Positions 38,576-48,532 of a stretch of DNA of 64,000 nt are shown in pieces. The DNA comes from Candidatus Borrarchaeum weybense. Lineage in GTDB: Archaea; Asgardarchaeota; Sifarchaeia; Borrarchaeales; Borrarchaeaceae. The stretch covers positions 452,938-516,937 of the forward strand of contig JAHQJS010000006.1 of NCBI GenBank assembly GCA_019057385.1, read 5' to 3'. Position 1 is the stretch's first letter; each line of letters starts with the position of its first letter. A program made the translations under genes and the position numbers. The notes beneath the pieces were generated by a model. It was given only the letters and a program-made list of their open reading frames with translations, did not search any database and was not told where the DNA came from.

Positions 38576-39448
38576 CTAAAAACTTAGATATGTTATATTA
38601 CCTTCTGAATCAATTTGAGCACCTGCATGTCGATCCGCCCAGCAACTGAAGACAATTCCAACAGGTAAACTTGCAGGATGCCTTCCAGCAACTTCGATAT
38701 GGACTGATAAAACAGTTGGACCCTCACCCAGTCCCATAACACCTATTTTCAATTCATTTAGCGCTTTAAGTAGTTCCTTTTCTAATTCTGCGATCTTTAA
38801 GTTTGGATTATGTGAACCAACAGAACGAAGCAAGGCTTTTTTCGCCAAATTCATTGCTATATCTTCTCCTCCTCCTATCCCTATCCCTAAGAAGTAAGGA
38901 GGGCATCCTTTTGCTCCAGCATCAACTACTGAATCAACAATAAATCTTTTTATCCCCTTTAGCCCCTCTCCTGGTTTCAATAATCCAAGTTTTGAGACGT
39001 TTGTACTCCCTCCACCTTTTGGAAATGCAACGAGTTCTAATACATTACTGTTAGGAACAATCTCCCAATAAATCCATGGGATGTAATCTGCTACATTGTT
39101 GCCAGTATTTCCCTTGAAAAGATCAACAGTATTTGGTCTTAAGGGAATATCCCGTGTAGCTTTAATAGTAGCCTTTCTTAGTATGTTTAGTAATTCTGCA
39201 ATAATCGGAAATTGTTCTCCCACCTTAACGAAAAAGGAAACGACTCCTGTGTCTTGGCACATGGGACGTACTGAAGTTTTTGCAGTTATGAAATTATCTA
39301 CAATAGCTTGTAACTGTGTTTTGGCAATTGCAGTTTTGCTCTCCTCTAAAGCTTTAAGTAGTGTGTTCTCAATACTATCTGGAAGTTTAGTAACTGCTGA
39401 TCTCAGGAGTTCTATAGCAACAGTCTCAATGATTTCATCAAGTTCCAT
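38576..39448 (-). CDS. Class I fumarate/tartrate hydratase alpha subunit
   Basis: PMCQDTG, PKGGGS, GCPP, HPASLPV, CWADR. Confidence 0.92.
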   Translation of the reverse strand: MELDEIIETVAIELLRSAVTKLPDSIENTLLKALEESKTAIAKTQLQAIVDNFITAKTSVRPMCQDTGVVSFFVKVGEQFPIIAELLNILRKATIKATRDIPLRPNTVDLFKGNTGNNVADYIPWIYWEIVPNSNVLELVAFPKGGGSTNVSKLGLLKPGEGLKGIKRFIVDSVVDAGAKGCPPYFLGIGIGGGEDIAMNLAKKALLRSVGSHNPNLKIAELEKELLKALNELKIGVMGLGEGPTVLSVHIEVAGRHPASLPVGIVFSCWADRHAGAQIDSEGNITYLSF

Positions 39449-39463
39449 TTTTAAGCCTCCAAG

Positions 39464-40072
39464 TTAAATTATATTTAACTGTTTGTAAACTTCTGTTACG
39501 TTTTCTCTAACATGGCTATTTACTTCCGCAAAGAGATTGTTCCCATGTGAATCTATAGCGACAACTAATGGACCAAAATCTTTTACTTCGTAAACCCAAA
39601 GGCATTCAGGCATGCCTAATTCCTCCAACCAAAACACATCTTTTACGTTTATAATTCGATTTGCTGCAAGAAGTGCTGCACCTCCAGTAAATGCTCCGTA
39701 CACACATGCCTCTTCTTGACAGACTTTTGTTGTTCTCGAACCCATTCCACCTTTTCCAATTATAATTCTGGGATGAAACGCTTTGATGAATTTATCCTCG
39801 AAAATCTCCATACGAGCTGAAGTTGTAGGACCTGCAGCAACAACAGTCCATTCGCCAGTTTCACTTTGTTTCATCACAGGGCCACAGTGGAAAACTCCTA
39901 TGCCTTCAAGATTAACAGGCAGTGTTTTGCCTTCATCATACAATTCTAAAGCTTTCAAATGCGCTTCATCTCTTGCAGTTACAATAGTGCCTGAGACATA
40001 TAGTGAATCTGCAACTTTAAGTCGTCGTACCGCTTCTTCAGTTATTGGCATTGTTAAGTAGAATTCACCCAT
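39464..40072 (-). CDS. Class I fumarate/tartrate hydratase beta subunit
   Basis: TARDEAH, HCGP, GPTTSARM, IGKGGM, IDSHGN. Confidence 0.92.
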   Translation of the reverse strand: MGEFYLTMPITEEAVRRLKVADSLYVSGTIVTARDEAHLKALELYDEGKTLPVNLEGIGVFHCGPVMKQSETGEWTVVAAGPTTSARMEIFEDKFIKAFHPRIIIGKGGMGSRTTKVCQEEACVYGAFTGGAALLAANRIINVKDVFWLEELGMPECLWVYEVKDFGPLVVAIDSHGNNLFAEVNSHVRENVTEVYKQLNII

Positions 40073-40202
40073 ATTGATCACCTTTTAAGGAAGAATTTAA
40101 TGGTGACTGACATGCAATCAACTTAAATATTTTAATGATAATACAGAAGCCTATCGTTTCTATCTATATCTATCTATGCTTATAATAGAGGAGGTGTTAT
40201 AG

Positions 40203-40502
40203 ATAACTTTAATCGCCTCAGGTACTCTTGGTCACGGAGAGACCAAAGATTTCAGAGTCGAATTACGAAGTGGGATAAAATATTCTATCTATGTTAATCC
40301 AATTGAACCACACACTGATTTTGATCTCTATATCTATGACGAGAATGGCAATTTGATTGAATATGATAGCTCAACTGATAGTGATGCGTACTGCTTCGTT
40401 ATTCCTAAATACACAGGGCCTTTTCGCTTACTGATTAAATCAGAGTCAGGTTTTAGTAAATACTATGTTCGAATAGTACAAGAACGAAAACTAGACTATT
40501 GA
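40203..40502 (+). CDS. Stand-alone PPC (pre-peptidase C-terminal-like) beta-sandwich protein, probable ATA start (absent from ORF track)
   Basis: 99 aa TLIASGTLGHGETKDFRV..DFDLYIYDENGNLI..TGPFRL; SD GGAGGTG 6 nt before ATA. Confidence 0.7.
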   Translation: MTLIASGTLGHGETKDFRVELRSGIKYSIYVNPIEPHTDFDLYIYDENGNLIEYDSSTDSDAYCFVIPKYTGPFRLLIKSESGFSKYYVRIVQERKLDY

Positions 40503-40884
40503 AGTTTTAGTAAATATTGTATCTATGTTACCAAAAAAGGCTATGAAATATCTAATAAAATTGAAGTTAATAACAACCAGGAATTTGTGTGATACTGCTA
40601 TGAAGGAATTCAAAGAAAAAACGGTAAATCAATTAATTACTTCTCTTCTTTATTTTTAACATATTTATTACTTCTACTATTCTTTCTTGAATAAAAACGC
40701 GTTGAATTGTGAATTAGGAAAGATAAGGCACTTTAACAAAACCTAGTGTTTATATATGAAACTTTAAAAATCTAGATACTTAAAGCATATTGACAAACGT
40801 AAAATTTAAATAATTTGTAACAACGGACAAGTAGCATCGTGTTTCCGTATATTAAACTTGTAGAACTCCCTATGGTGATTTGAA

Positions 40885-41295
40885 ATGTCTAAAACGATCA
40901 GATTAGATTCACCGGAAGCAACGAAATTTGCTGCAAAGATCCAAGAGAGAAGTGGCGAGCCAATCGATATGTGCTTCCAATGTGGAGAATGTTCTTCTGC
41001 GTGCCCTGTATCCTCAGATATGGATCTAATGCCTTCTACATTGGTTCGATTTGCTCAACTGGGACTGAAAGATGAATTAATCAATTCAAAGACCATCTGG
41101 GTGTGCGCGTCTTGTTTTAATTGTGTAGCTAGGTGTCCAAAAGGCATTGATATAGCGAAAGTAGCTGAAGCCATTCGACAAGAACTACTAAGAGCTCAAT
41201 TAGACTATGTTGAGGTTAGAGACCTTTCAATGAAAGAAAGGCAAGAAATTCCACAAATTGCCATTATTTCGAACCTGCGCAAATTTAGTAGATAA
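40885..41295 (+). CDS. hdrC: Heterodisulfide reductase subunit C-like
   Basis: CFQCGECSSACP, WVCASCFNC..CP. Confidence 0.88.
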   Translation: MSKTIRLDSPEATKFAAKIQERSGEPIDMCFQCGECSSACPVSSDMDLMPSTLVRFAQLGLKDELINSKTIWVCASCFNCVARCPKGIDIAKVAEAIRQELLRAQLDYVEVRDLSMKERQEIPQIAIISNLRKFSR

Positions 41296-41308
41296 GCTGG
41301 TGTAAGTT

Positions 41309-42214
41309 ATGAAAATTCCATATTTTCCTGGGTGCTCCCTCAAAACTATAGGAGAAGGATTCGAAAAATCGGCTATAGCGTCAGCTGCGGTTTTAGACAT
41401 TGAACTAGAAGAACTTCCCCGGTGGGTCTGTTGTGGTACGGTTAGTTCTCTTACTACTGATGATTTGATGCACCATCTTGCTCCAGTACGTAATCTTATT
41501 CGTGTTGAAGACATAAATGAAACCCGGTTAGTTACTTTATGTTCAGTGTGCTATAGCACGCTTAAGCGGTCCAATGCGCTCGTGAAGAACGATCCTGAAA
41601 AACTAAAAACTATAAATCAATTCATGTACAGAGAAAATGACTATCAAGGCAACGTGAAAGTATTACATTTCCTTGAACTATTGAGGGAGATGGGCTTTGA
41701 TAAAATAAAAGAGAAGGTAATAAAGCCTCTCAAGGGATTAACGCTTTCACCGTATTATGGTTGCTTGCTAGTAAGACCGAAAGAATTCGGCATTGATGAT
41801 CCAGAAAATCCTACAATATTACAAAACTTGGTTAAGGCTTTAGGAGCAGACGTAATTGATAATCCATATCAGCTCAAATGTTGTGGGAGTTACCATACTG
41901 TCGACAAGCCAAATCTAGTCGCCGATTTGGCCTACAAAATATTGACCTATGCGAGGAATTCAGGGGCGGATGCCTTAGTTTTAAGTTGTCCTCTTTGTGC
42001 ATTCAATCTGGATAATAGACAACGAGAGATAAAACGTCAATATCCTGACTTTATTGAGATTCCGATATTTTATTTTACTCAGTTAATGGCTCTAGCGTTT
42101 GGTCTAGACGAAGATCTTGGTCTGGAACTAAATTATATTGATCCTATGCCCTTACTTAAAGAGAAATTACTAATCGACCCTACATCTTTGATTAAAGAAC
42201 TAAAAATTGAATGA
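41309..42214 (+). CDS. hdrB: Heterodisulfide reductase subunit B-like
   Basis: YFPGC, CCG x2, YYGC, SCPLC..NLD. Confidence 0.9.
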   Translation: MKIPYFPGCSLKTIGEGFEKSAIASAAVLDIELEELPRWVCCGTVSSLTTDDLMHHLAPVRNLIRVEDINETRLVTLCSVCYSTLKRSNALVKNDPEKLKTINQFMYRENDYQGNVKVLHFLELLREMGFDKIKEKVIKPLKGLTLSPYYGCLLVRPKEFGIDDPENPTILQNLVKALGADVIDNPYQLKCCGSYHTVDKPNLVADLAYKILTYARNSGADALVLSCPLCAFNLDNRQREIKRQYPDFIEIPIFYFTQLMALAFGLDEDLGLELNYIDPMPLLKEKLLIDPTSLIKELKIE

Positions 42215-42930
42215 GAGGGGTTAATTTGGAAGAAAAAACAGAAACGGAGAAAATGGTAAGAGTATATATCATGGGACGCGAGTTTGAAGTCCCTGCCACT
42301 CTAAATATTGTAAAAGCATTCGAATATGCTGGTTATAGGTTTATTCGAGGAATCGGCTGTAGGGGCGGATACTGCGGAGCATGCGCCACAGTTTACCGAT
42401 TTAAAGATGACTACAGGCTTAATTTCACATTAGCTTGCCAAAAGGCAGTGGAAGACGGCATGTACTTGACTATTTTGCCATTTGTGCCTGCTGAGAAGGC
42501 AAAATATGACCTGGACAAACTAAAACCAAGAGGAACCGTATTGCTTGAACTTTATCCAGAAATTGCTCGATGTGTGGCGTGTAATACGTGTACTAAGGCA
42601 TGCCCACAGGAGTTAGAGGTTATGGATTACGTTCAAGCAGCAATTCGTGGTGACATAGAAGAAGTTGCTAATTTGAGTTTTGACTGTATTCAGTGTGGTT
42701 TGTGTGCCATGAGATGCCCCGCAGAGATCGTGCCTTATAATGTTGGGCAACTTGCACGGCGATTATATGGAAAATATATCGCCCCACAAGCAAAACTTAC
42801 GCATGAAAGAGTGGAAGAAATCCATGCGTGCGTGTTTGACGAAGAACTTGACAATTATATCGAGTTAGCAAAAGAGGATATTGAACAACTAAAGAAAATC
42901 TATGTGGAGCGAGAAATTAAGGTGGGTTAA
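42211..42930 (+). CDS. Fe-S subunit ([2Fe-2S] plus 2[4Fe-4S]), SdhB/TfrB-like
   Basis: GCRGGYCGAC..LAC, CVACNTC..CP, CIQCGLC..CP. Confidence 0.85.
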   Translation: MRGVNLEEKTETEKMVRVYIMGREFEVPATLNIVKAFEYAGYRFIRGIGCRGGYCGACATVYRFKDDYRLNFTLACQKAVEDGMYLTILPFVPAEKAKYDLDKLKPRGTVLLELYPEIARCVACNTCTKACPQELEVMDYVQAAIRGDIEEVANLSFDCIQCGLCAMRCPAEIVPYNVGQLARRLYGKYIAPQAKLTHERVEEIHACVFDEELDNYIELAKEDIEQLKKIYVEREIKVG

Positions 42931-42934
42931 TTAT

Positions 42935-44575
42935 ATGGAACGTGGTTATCCCAATTACATGTTGGAGTCTATTGAGCTTGTAAAACGAACGCGAGAGAAA
43001 CGATTAAAAGAAATTCCTCCACTTATGTCACTTGAGGAAAGAGAGCAAATCTTAAGGAAATACCATCCCGATTATCGAGAGGATAGCAAACGTGCAGTAA
43101 AAGTTGGTGTAAACGCTAGAGAACTCATGCCAAATGAAGTTGCAGATTTAATCGAATCTTATCCTCTTATCCAACCAGAACAAATCGATTTGTCGACTAT
43201 TGATTATGATGCAGATATTTTAATCATTGGTGCTGGTGGAGCTGGATTAACAGCCGCTTTATGGGCGATTTATTCTGGTGCTGATGTCGATAGAATCTTG
43301 ATCGTCACAAAGCTGCGCTTGGGTGATTCGAACTCCAAGATGAGTCAGGGCGGTATTCAGGCTGCTGATTGTGAGGATGATAGTCCATCTCTTCATTATC
43401 TTGATGTATTGGGAGGTGGACATTTCACAAACGATCCTGAATTAGTTAAGTGGCTGGTGCGCGAAGCTCCTATGATTATCAAATGGCACGAAGAGTTAGG
43501 CGTCATGTATGACAAAGATGAGGAAGGGTGCATGGTTGTCGCCCCAGGTGGGGGGACTTGTAGAAAGAGAATGCATTCTGCAAAAGATTACACTGGCATG
43601 GAGATTGTGCGCGTCCTGATGGACGAGGTTCGCAATTTGGAGATACCTGTGCTGGAATTCAACAGCGCTATTGAGTTGCTTATGGATGATGCAGGTAAAG
43701 TTGCAGGTGCAGTTCTTTGGGATATGGAAAAGGAAGATTATAGCATTGCACGAGCAAAAGCAACATTAATGGCGACTGGAGGGTTTGGGCGACTTCATGT
43801 GCAGGGATTTGCGACCACAAATCATTATGGCGCAACAGCTGACGGTTTAGTCATGGCTAATCGAGTTGGAGCGAGAATTATTGATATGGATAGTGTCCAA
43901 TATCATCCCACTGGAAGTTCTTATCCCGAACAAATTCTCGGCTTGCTGTGTACTGAAAAACTACGAGGGCGAGGAGCGCAACCAGTAAATAAATATGGTG
44001 AAGAGTTTGTATATCCCTTAGAACCTAGAGACGTCGAAGCAGCATCTTTAATTAGAGAATGTGCTAGAGGAAATGGGCTTGTAACGCCGACTGGAATGCC
44101 TGGGGTATGGTTGGACACTCCGTTGATCGATATTCTTCATGGCGAAGGCACCATCGAAAAGGAATTTTCGGCGATGTTTCTAAAGTACAAACGGTTTGAC
44201 ATTGATATGACACAGGATCCTATCCTTGTATATCCGACGCTCCACTTTCAGAATGGCGGAATCGTAATTAACGAACATGCTGGAGTTGTAGGTGTTCCAG
44301 GACTCTTTGCTGCTGGTGAAACCACTGGCGGTGTTCACGGTAAGAATCGACTGATGGGTAACTCTATTTTAGATTATTGTGTGTATGGCAGACGCATGGG
44401 TATTTACTCAGCAGACTATGTCCAAAATGCCAATGTAGGCAAATTAAGCCTAGATCATGTAACTAAATATGTGAACTTATTAGAGGACGCGGGTATCCCT
44501 AATAGAAAAGCACCTATTCTACTTCCTGAATATAGAGGCGAAAGGACTCTATCCCATACTTTGGATTTGCTTTAA
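42935..44575 (+). CDS. Fumarate reductase/SdhA-family flavoprotein (TfrA-like)
   Basis: GAGGAG, QGGI, QYHPT, EKLRG, PRD, HFQNGG, HGKNRLMGNS; lacks covalent-FAD His. Confidence 0.88.
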   Translation: MERGYPNYMLESIELVKRTREKRLKEIPPLMSLEEREQILRKYHPDYREDSKRAVKVGVNARELMPNEVADLIESYPLIQPEQIDLSTIDYDADILIIGAGGAGLTAALWAIYSGADVDRILIVTKLRLGDSNSKMSQGGIQAADCEDDSPSLHYLDVLGGGHFTNDPELVKWLVREAPMIIKWHEELGVMYDKDEEGCMVVAPGGGTCRKRMHSAKDYTGMEIVRVLMDEVRNLEIPVLEFNSAIELLMDDAGKVAGAVLWDMEKEDYSIARAKATLMATGGFGRLHVQGFATTNHYGATADGLVMANRVGARIIDMDSVQYHPTGSSYPEQILGLLCTEKLRGRGAQPVNKYGEEFVYPLEPRDVEAASLIRECARGNGLVTPTGMPGVWLDTPLIDILHGEGTIEKEFSAMFLKYKRFDIDMTQDPILVYPTLHFQNGGIVINEHAGVVGVPGLFAAGETTGGVHGKNRLMGNSILDYCVYGRRMGIYSADYVQNANVGKLSLDHVTKYVNLLEDAGIPNRKAPILLPEYRGERTLSHTLDLL

Positions 44576-44603
44576 TGATAATTAAAGAGAGAGGCTAAAA
44601 CAA

Positions 44604-47030
44604 ATGGGTAAAAAAACGGGCGTATATCTCTGTCAATGTGGAGGGAACATTTCTGATGTCGTTGATGTGGATAAAGTAGCTGAGCTACTTGAAAATGAGG
44701 ATACAGAACTAATAGAAATACAGCGGTATTTGTGTAGCGAACCTTCAATAGAGACCATGAAAAGAGCTATTGAAGAGAAAGGACTTGATAGACTTGTATT
44801 AGCTTGCTGTACTCCGAAAATGCACTTGAAGAAATTTCAGAGAGTACTCAAAGAAGCTGGTATAAATCCAGCACTTGTTGATGTTGTGAATGTTAGAGAA
44901 CATTGTAGTTGGGTTCATGAGCACGATCCTGAGGGTGCAACGTTAAAAGCCACTGATCTTGTTCGCGGAGGAATTAAAAGAATTGAAAAATCAGTGCCTC
45001 TCGAAACAAAAGAAATCGATGTTACTCCAAAAGTTTTAGTCATTGGAGGAGGAATAGCAGGAATTATAGCCTCTCTTCGTGTGGCAGAGAATGGAATTGA
45101 TGTATATCTAGTCGAAAAAGAGCCCAGCATTGGAGGACATATGATACAATACCCCAAAGTGTTTCCGACTTTAGATTGCTCGCAGTGTATCTTAACTCCC
45201 AAGTTAGGGGATGTAAACGATCAAGAACTTGTTCAACTATTAACATTGGCAGAATTGAAGGATATCTCGGGATATACTGGAAATTTAAAGGCAACAATTA
45301 GGCAAAACCCTCGCTATATTAATGTTGATAAGTGTACTGCATGTGGGGACTGCGCTAGCGTATGTCCTATTTTACTCCCTAGTGAATTCAACCTAGGTTT
45401 GGGAAAAAGAAAAGCCGCTTATCGACCTTTCCTACAGGCGGTCCCGCAAGCTTTTACAATCGATGAAAATAATTGTCTCTATTTTAAGTACGGAATTTGT
45501 CGTACCTGTGAAAAACTATGCCCTGCTGAAGCAGTCGAGTTTAATCAAGAACCTCTTGAAAAGACCTTAGAAGTCGGCGCTATAATCTTAGCAACAGGCT
45601 ATGATCTATATGACCCAAGTGCTTTGGGAAGATACCTCTACGGCAAACATCCAAACATCCTTACGTCACTACAAATGGAACGAATGTTGGATATCACAGG
45701 ACCAACAACCAGCCGAGTTGTTCGTCCGAGCGATGGAAAAAGTGTAAAAAAGGTTGCTTTCGTGCTTTGCGCCGGATCACGAAATAATGAAGCAGGTGCA
45801 AATAAAGATGAAGGAGTTCCATATTGCTCTACTGTATGCTGTCTCTATGCTCAGAAACAAGCTATACTTCTGCGAAAACTCGGTATTGATGTATGGATTC
45901 ACTACATCGACATTCGATCACCAGGAACAAAATATGAAGACTTTTATCATCACACTCAAGAATTAGGAGTCAAATTCGTTAAAGGCAAGGTATCTGAAGT
46001 TATGCCGACTCCCAATAATGATGGAAGACTCATAGTCCGTGCCGAAGACATGCTTATTAATAGGATGATAGAAAATGAAGTAGACCTTGTAGTGCTGTGT
46101 CCGCCAATTTTACCAAGCAAAGGTACGGAGGAGTTGGCACAGAAATTAAAGATTCCACTAAATGAGTATAAATTCATTTTAGAAAGCCATCCGAAACTTG
46201 ATCCTTTAGCAACCAAACGGGAGGGGATTTACGCAGCAGGAATAGCAACAGGTCCAAAAGATATACAGACCACAGTTTCTGAAGCCGAAGGAGCAGCCAT
46301 GAAGGCTGTGAATTTTGTAAGCGCGAAAAAGGAAATCGATCCCAATAAAGCGTATGTTATACCTGAAATATGCACTGGCTGTAGAGAATGTATTGAAATT
46401 TGTCCAGAAGAGGCGATTACAATTATAGACGAAAAAGCAACGATCAATGATCTTGCTTGTACAGGTTGTGGACTATGTATTCCAATATGTCCAGAGAATG
46501 CTATTGATATGCAATCATATTCTGAGGAACAATTACTCGCGCAGATTAAAGGGACACTAGTAGGTTCAAAGGCTGAACTGAAAATCTTGGTGTTCGTGGA
46601 AAAAGAACTTGTATATACGGCGGCAGACATTGCAGGTGTTTCTAGACTAACATATCCTAGCAGTACTAGGTTCATAACACTTCCAAGTAATGCGCGACTG
46701 AAACTTTCATATATCCTCTACGCTTTCGCGAATGGAGCAGATGGTATTATGTTTTTAGAGGCGCCTGAAGAAGAAGGACCTGTTCCAGAAGCACATAAGG
46801 CTGCAGAAAAAATAATTGAGGAATATCAAGAAGTACTTGAGGACGACTATGATCTTGATAGCTCGAGACTATGGTTTAGTCGAATTTTTGTTCCTGATTG
46901 GCGAAAACTTGCAACTGTTTTTGATTCGTTCCATCAAATGATCGAGGATCTCGGTCCTCTAACTGAAGAAGAACGTGGAAAATTAATGCAGGCTTGGTCT
47001 AAGGGGAAGAAATTACCCCAAGTTCAATGA
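44604..47030 (+). CDS. hdrA: HdrA with C-terminal Cys-less MvhD-like domain
   Basis: CQCG, CCTP, REHCSWVH, FPTLDCSQC, ferredoxin motifs; tail YTAADIAGVSRLTYP..AFANGADG. Confidence 0.9.
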   Translation: MGKKTGVYLCQCGGNISDVVDVDKVAELLENEDTELIEIQRYLCSEPSIETMKRAIEEKGLDRLVLACCTPKMHLKKFQRVLKEAGINPALVDVVNVREHCSWVHEHDPEGATLKATDLVRGGIKRIEKSVPLETKEIDVTPKVLVIGGGIAGIIASLRVAENGIDVYLVEKEPSIGGHMIQYPKVFPTLDCSQCILTPKLGDVNDQELVQLLTLAELKDISGYTGNLKATIRQNPRYINVDKCTACGDCASVCPILLPSEFNLGLGKRKAAYRPFLQAVPQAFTIDENNCLYFKYGICRTCEKLCPAEAVEFNQEPLEKTLEVGAIILATGYDLYDPSALGRYLYGKHPNILTSLQMERMLDITGPTTSRVVRPSDGKSVKKVAFVLCAGSRNNEAGANKDEGVPYCSTVCCLYAQKQAILLRKLGIDVWIHYIDIRSPGTKYEDFYHHTQELGVKFVKGKVSEVMPTPNNDGRLIVRAEDMLINRMIENEVDLVVLCPPILPSKGTEELAQKLKIPLNEYKFILESHPKLDPLATKREGIYAAGIATGPKDIQTTVSEAEGAAMKAVNFVSAKKEIDPNKAYVIPEICTGCRECIEICPEEAITIIDEKATINDLACTGCGLCIPICPENAIDMQSYSEEQLLAQIKGTLVGSKAELKILVFVEKELVYTAADIAGVSRLTYPSSTRFITLPSNARLKLSYILYAFANGADGIMFLEAPEEEGPVPEAHKAAEKIIEEYQEVLEDDYDLDSSRLWFSRIFVPDWRKLATVFDSFHQMIEDLGPLTEEERGKLMQAWSKGKKLPQVQ

Positions 47031-48262
47031 AATGCAGTTTCTTCATCAGCGATTTTGAAATCTACTGTTTCATCAGCGCTTATAGAGAATAATAGCAGGC
47101 CAGCGAAGGGTAGAATAGCCATAATAAACATCATCATAGCGAGACCAAGAAGTTCAGCAAGGAATCCAGCTATAAGTGGTCCAATCGTAGCACCAATTCC
47201 TAAACTCGTCATAATAAGCCCCATTCCTTCTCCTCTCTTCTCTCTCGGGGCAACATCTGCAACAATGGTTGTAGCGGAGACCATAACTGATGCATAACCG
47301 AAAGCAACAAGAACCTGAGATGGGATTAATGCAACAGGTGTGGTTGAGAGCCCAAACCAAATCGCACTAAGTCCACTAGCCAAAAGCCCCATTATCATTA
47401 CTGGTCTTCGTCCAATTCGGTCGCAACCGAGTCCCATCACGAACATGAATATCGCTTGTGTCCCCATATTGAGTGCATAAAGTAATCCAACCTGTGCTGG
47501 TGTCCCGCCCACAGCGATTACATACAAAGGGAATAAACTATACAGACCCAGCAGTCCTCCATGGCGGAGTATGAGCGTAATATAAACAGTTGATAGTCCA
47601 CGTTTTCGAACAAATTCATCCTTTTTAAACATCACTGTAAATCTTCGCTTCAGATCATTAACTACCTTTTTAAGGTTTGCAGGTTCATTACTGGGATTTG
47701 CTTGTGTTTCTAAGGCCTTGAAATCTGAAAAAACAAAGATAACAATACATGCTGCAAGAAATGTAACAAAAGCAGCTGCAATGAAAGGAAACGATAAAGA
47801 AAACAATTCAACCAGAAAACCGCTTGCAAGGGCGCCAACAAACCATCCTGATGAGAGTGCGGCGTTCATTATGCCCATGCCACTGCCTCTCTTTTTACCA
47901 TTTAGGTTTGAAGCGATAGCCAATGCTATAGGAGTAAAAGCACCAAATGCTATACCTCTGATTAAACTCAGACCAATAAGTTCGTATACATTTCTTGAGA
48001 AGAAATAGCCTACAAGTGTAAATCCTGAAGCAAAAAGACCGCCCATCAAGAAAGGTCTTCTTTTTCGAAGAGTATCGCTAAGAGATCCCCATATTACAGT
48101 GAATAAGAGATAAGTAAGAAAAAATGACGAAAACAAAATGCTAATTTCGATAAGATTAGCCCCTAACTGTTCCGCGTACAAAGGAAGCACCGGCGGGACA
48201 ATCATATACGCAAAATAAGCAAAAAAGGCAGTAAAGTAAAGCGGTATCAGTTCTCTTCTCAT
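47024..48262 (-). CDS. MFS transporter
   Basis: 12 TM; GSLSDTLRKRRP and GCDRIGRRP motif A. Confidence 0.9.
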   Translation of the reverse strand: MRRELIPLYFTAFFAYFAYMIVPPVLPLYAEQLGANLIEISILFSSFFLTYLLFTVIWGSLSDTLRKRRPFLMGGLFASGFTLVGYFFSRNVYELIGLSLIRGIAFGAFTPIALAIASNLNGKKRGSGMGIMNAALSSGWFVGALASGFLVELFSLSFPFIAAAFVTFLAACIVIFVFSDFKALETQANPSNEPANLKKVVNDLKRRFTVMFKKDEFVRKRGLSTVYITLILRHGGLLGLYSLFPLYVIAVGGTPAQVGLLYALNMGTQAIFMFVMGLGCDRIGRRPVMIMGLLASGLSAIWFGLSTTPVALIPSQVLVAFGYASVMVSATTIVADVAPREKRGEGMGLIMTSLGIGATIGPLIAGFLAELLGLAMMMFIMAILPFAGLLLFSISADETVDFKIADEETAFH

Positions 48263-48532
48263 AATACTACCTTTCCTGAAATCGATAGAATCAATATTTG
48301 TTAAAGATTGCCAGTTAAAACATATTAGGCTGTTTAGAGCTCTAAAACAAGAAAACAATAAGAAATCGAGTTCCTATCTAATTTCTTTTGTGGTCTCTTG
48401 GAGTGAGAAATAGAACAATACTTTTAAGTGTATTGAATTGGGATCTAGAATGTGTTTTCCGATAATAAAAAAAGAAAAGAAAATGAGCGGACAAACCTGC
48501 ATGGCAATCAATAATTTGTTAACGCCATATCT

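Noticed and set aside
6054-47030. Other genes ending in TGA as possible Sec readthrough (e.g. 6056, 20642, 32851, 42214, 47030)
   Set aside because: Proteins look complete at the TGA, and I saw no homologous extension or SECIS downstream.
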